From: Candidatus Wukongarchaeum yapensis
Lineage (GTDB): Archaea; Asgardarchaeota; Wukongarchaeia; Wukongarchaeales; Wukongarchaeaceae
Assembly (NCBI GenBank): GCA_016840425.1
Contig: JAEOSI010000114.1
Span: 1-7,392, forward strand
Direction: 5' to 3'
DNA length: 7,392 nucleotides
The position numbers and the translations under genes were made by a program. Under the pieces are notes generated by a model. That model was not told the DNA's origin. It searched no databases and worked only from the letters and a program-made list of their open reading frames with translations. This document shows, one piece after another, positions 6,441 to 7,392 of the stretch; within the stretch, counting starts at the first letter, position 1, and every line of letters begins with the position of its first letter.

Positions 6441-6454
6441 TTTTTTTAATTTTT
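6441..6454 (+). terminator. Oligo-T tract terminator candidate after the RHH gene
   Basis: TTTTTTTAATTTTT about 30 nt after the stop codon; U-tracts are the known archaeal termination signal. Confidence 0.4.
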
Positions 6455-6618
6455 CAAAAAATAAGATTCGTTTTAATTTTTATGTTAAATGTTTATTATA
6501 GTATGTTTCTTACAGATATATAAAACCCTTATTTTTTTAAAATGGAGGGTAAAATTTTTTAGATGAAACCAAGAAATGGGTTTCTAAAGTTTTTACCTTT
6601 TTAAAGGGTGGTTTTAGG

Positions 6619-7104
6619 GTGAGTATTTACTTCTGTCCCTTTTGCGGTTCTGCCGTACAAGAAGGACATAATTTTTGTAAAAATTGCGGTGCTGACCTTT
6701 CAAAAAAGAGTAAAGTGACTAGAACTAGATTTAGGGGCAGTTTCTGGCTAGGAGCGTTCGTCGGCATAGTTATAATGATTATTGTTGGTAGAGCAGGAAA
6801 CGTTTTTCACGGTTTGCTTCTTGGGGCTTTTGTTGCGGGAATAGTTTCGGGAGACCCTGGAAAGGGAGCTTTGGCCGGAATTGTAGTTGATTTAACGCTT
6901 TTAGCCCTATTATTAGTAAGTCCTCCCAGCGACCTTATGGGCGATTATCAAGCGAGAGGTATAATAGAAGCTATAGTTGTCTCAGTGGTTTATGCTGTTG
7001 CTTACATTTTTCTCCTTATCCTTGTAATAATCTTTACAATACCTTGTGCGGTCATCGGGATTATAGGCGGAGCGATCGGCGAAAAAATATATCGAAGAGA
7101 GTAA
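6619..7104 (+). CDS. Zinc-ribbon domain membrane protein (N-terminal CxxC-x10-CxxC, about 3-4 Gly-rich TM helices; resembles archaeal DUF5518-like proteins)
   Basis: CPFCG...NFCKNCG, basic linker, then hydrophobic helices with GxxxG motifs (LGAFVG, GAFVAG, GIIGG). GTG start with GGGTGG RBS 7 nt upstream. The family name is from recall only. Confidence 0.8.
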   Translation: MSIYFCPFCGSAVQEGHNFCKNCGADLSKKSKVTRTRFRGSFWLGAFVGIVIMIIVGRAGNVFHGLLLGAFVAGIVSGDPGKGALAGIVVDLTLLALLLVSPPSDLMGDYQARGIIEAIVVSVVYAVAYIFLLILVIIFTIPCAVIGIIGGAIGEKIYRRE

Positions 7105-7133
7105 GGATAGATAGGATGCCTTGTATCTATTTT
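7104..7133 (+). terminator. 3' hairpin after the membrane-protein gene
   Basis: ATAGATA (7107-7113) / TATCTAT (7124-7130) inverted repeat, extendable by G-U pairs and followed by pyrimidine-rich sequence. Confidence 0.35.
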
Positions 7134-7275
7134 CCCTTGCTTTGACTTTTAGAATCTCTCCTAATGCTCTTCTACAAAAAGAAAGAGATCGCAGAACAAA
7201 AAAAGTAAAAAATAAGTTTTTATTCTCTTCTCCTACTTTATTTTCCACGTTGTGCTTTTTAGGTTGTTGTGAAAA

Positions 7276-7392
7276 ATGAGAGAAGCAATGGAATTTACTG
7301 GCAGAGTCTTATTAGGAGCAATTGCCGGCATTGCAATAATGATAGTGCTCGGTAGAGAAGAACTTCTATTCGAAGGAGTGCTTATTGGCGCT
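7276..7392 (+). CDS. Tandem paralog of the 6619-7104 membrane protein lacking the zinc ribbon (partial, runs off the right edge)
   Basis: ATG 7276, open to the window end: MREAMEFTGRVLLGAIAGIAIMIVLGREELLFEGVLIGA. This aligns without gaps to FRGSFWLGAFVGIVIMIIVGRAGNVFHGLLLGA in the preceding gene. Confidence 0.8.
   Translation, partial: MREAMEFTGRVLLGAIAGIAIMIVLGREELLFEGVLIGA

Noticed and set aside
6982-7248. Minus-strand 88-aa ORF
   Set aside because: Overlaps the 3' end of the membrane-protein gene in antisense and low-complexity intergenic DNA; no motif.
1-7392. CRISPR array, tRNA/rRNA, transposase or terminal inverted repeats
   Set aside because: No regularly spaced direct repeats, cloverleaf or rRNA-like segments, or mobile-element ORFs were seen.

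Overview
Prokaryotic window, most likely archaeal (inferred from TATA-like boxes, GGTG/GGAGG ribosome-binding sites, a CdrS/CopG-like ribbon-helix-helix gene and zinc-ribbon membrane proteins; lineage cannot be fixed from sequence alone). Bases 1-5426 hold a tightly coupled tryptophan biosynthesis operon on the minus strand in the order trpD-trpC-trpF-trpB-trpA-trpE. trpE runs off the left edge and is absent from the supplied ORF track. The main observation is the ~330-nt leader upstream of trpD. It contains an unlisted 58-codon ORF ending LWRSWWWI* (5689-5513, minus). Its three tandem Trp codons form the 5' arm of a GGUGGA/UCCACC hairpin, followed by six U4-U5 tracts. This is the layout of a bacterial-style trpL leader-peptide attenuator, apparently in an archaeon. 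Further upstream are a second 9-aa Trp-containing uORF, mutually exclusive RNA helices, a TATA box and a palindromic operator-like site. On the plus strand are a divergent RHH regulator and two tandem paralogous membrane-protein genes, the second truncated by the window end.
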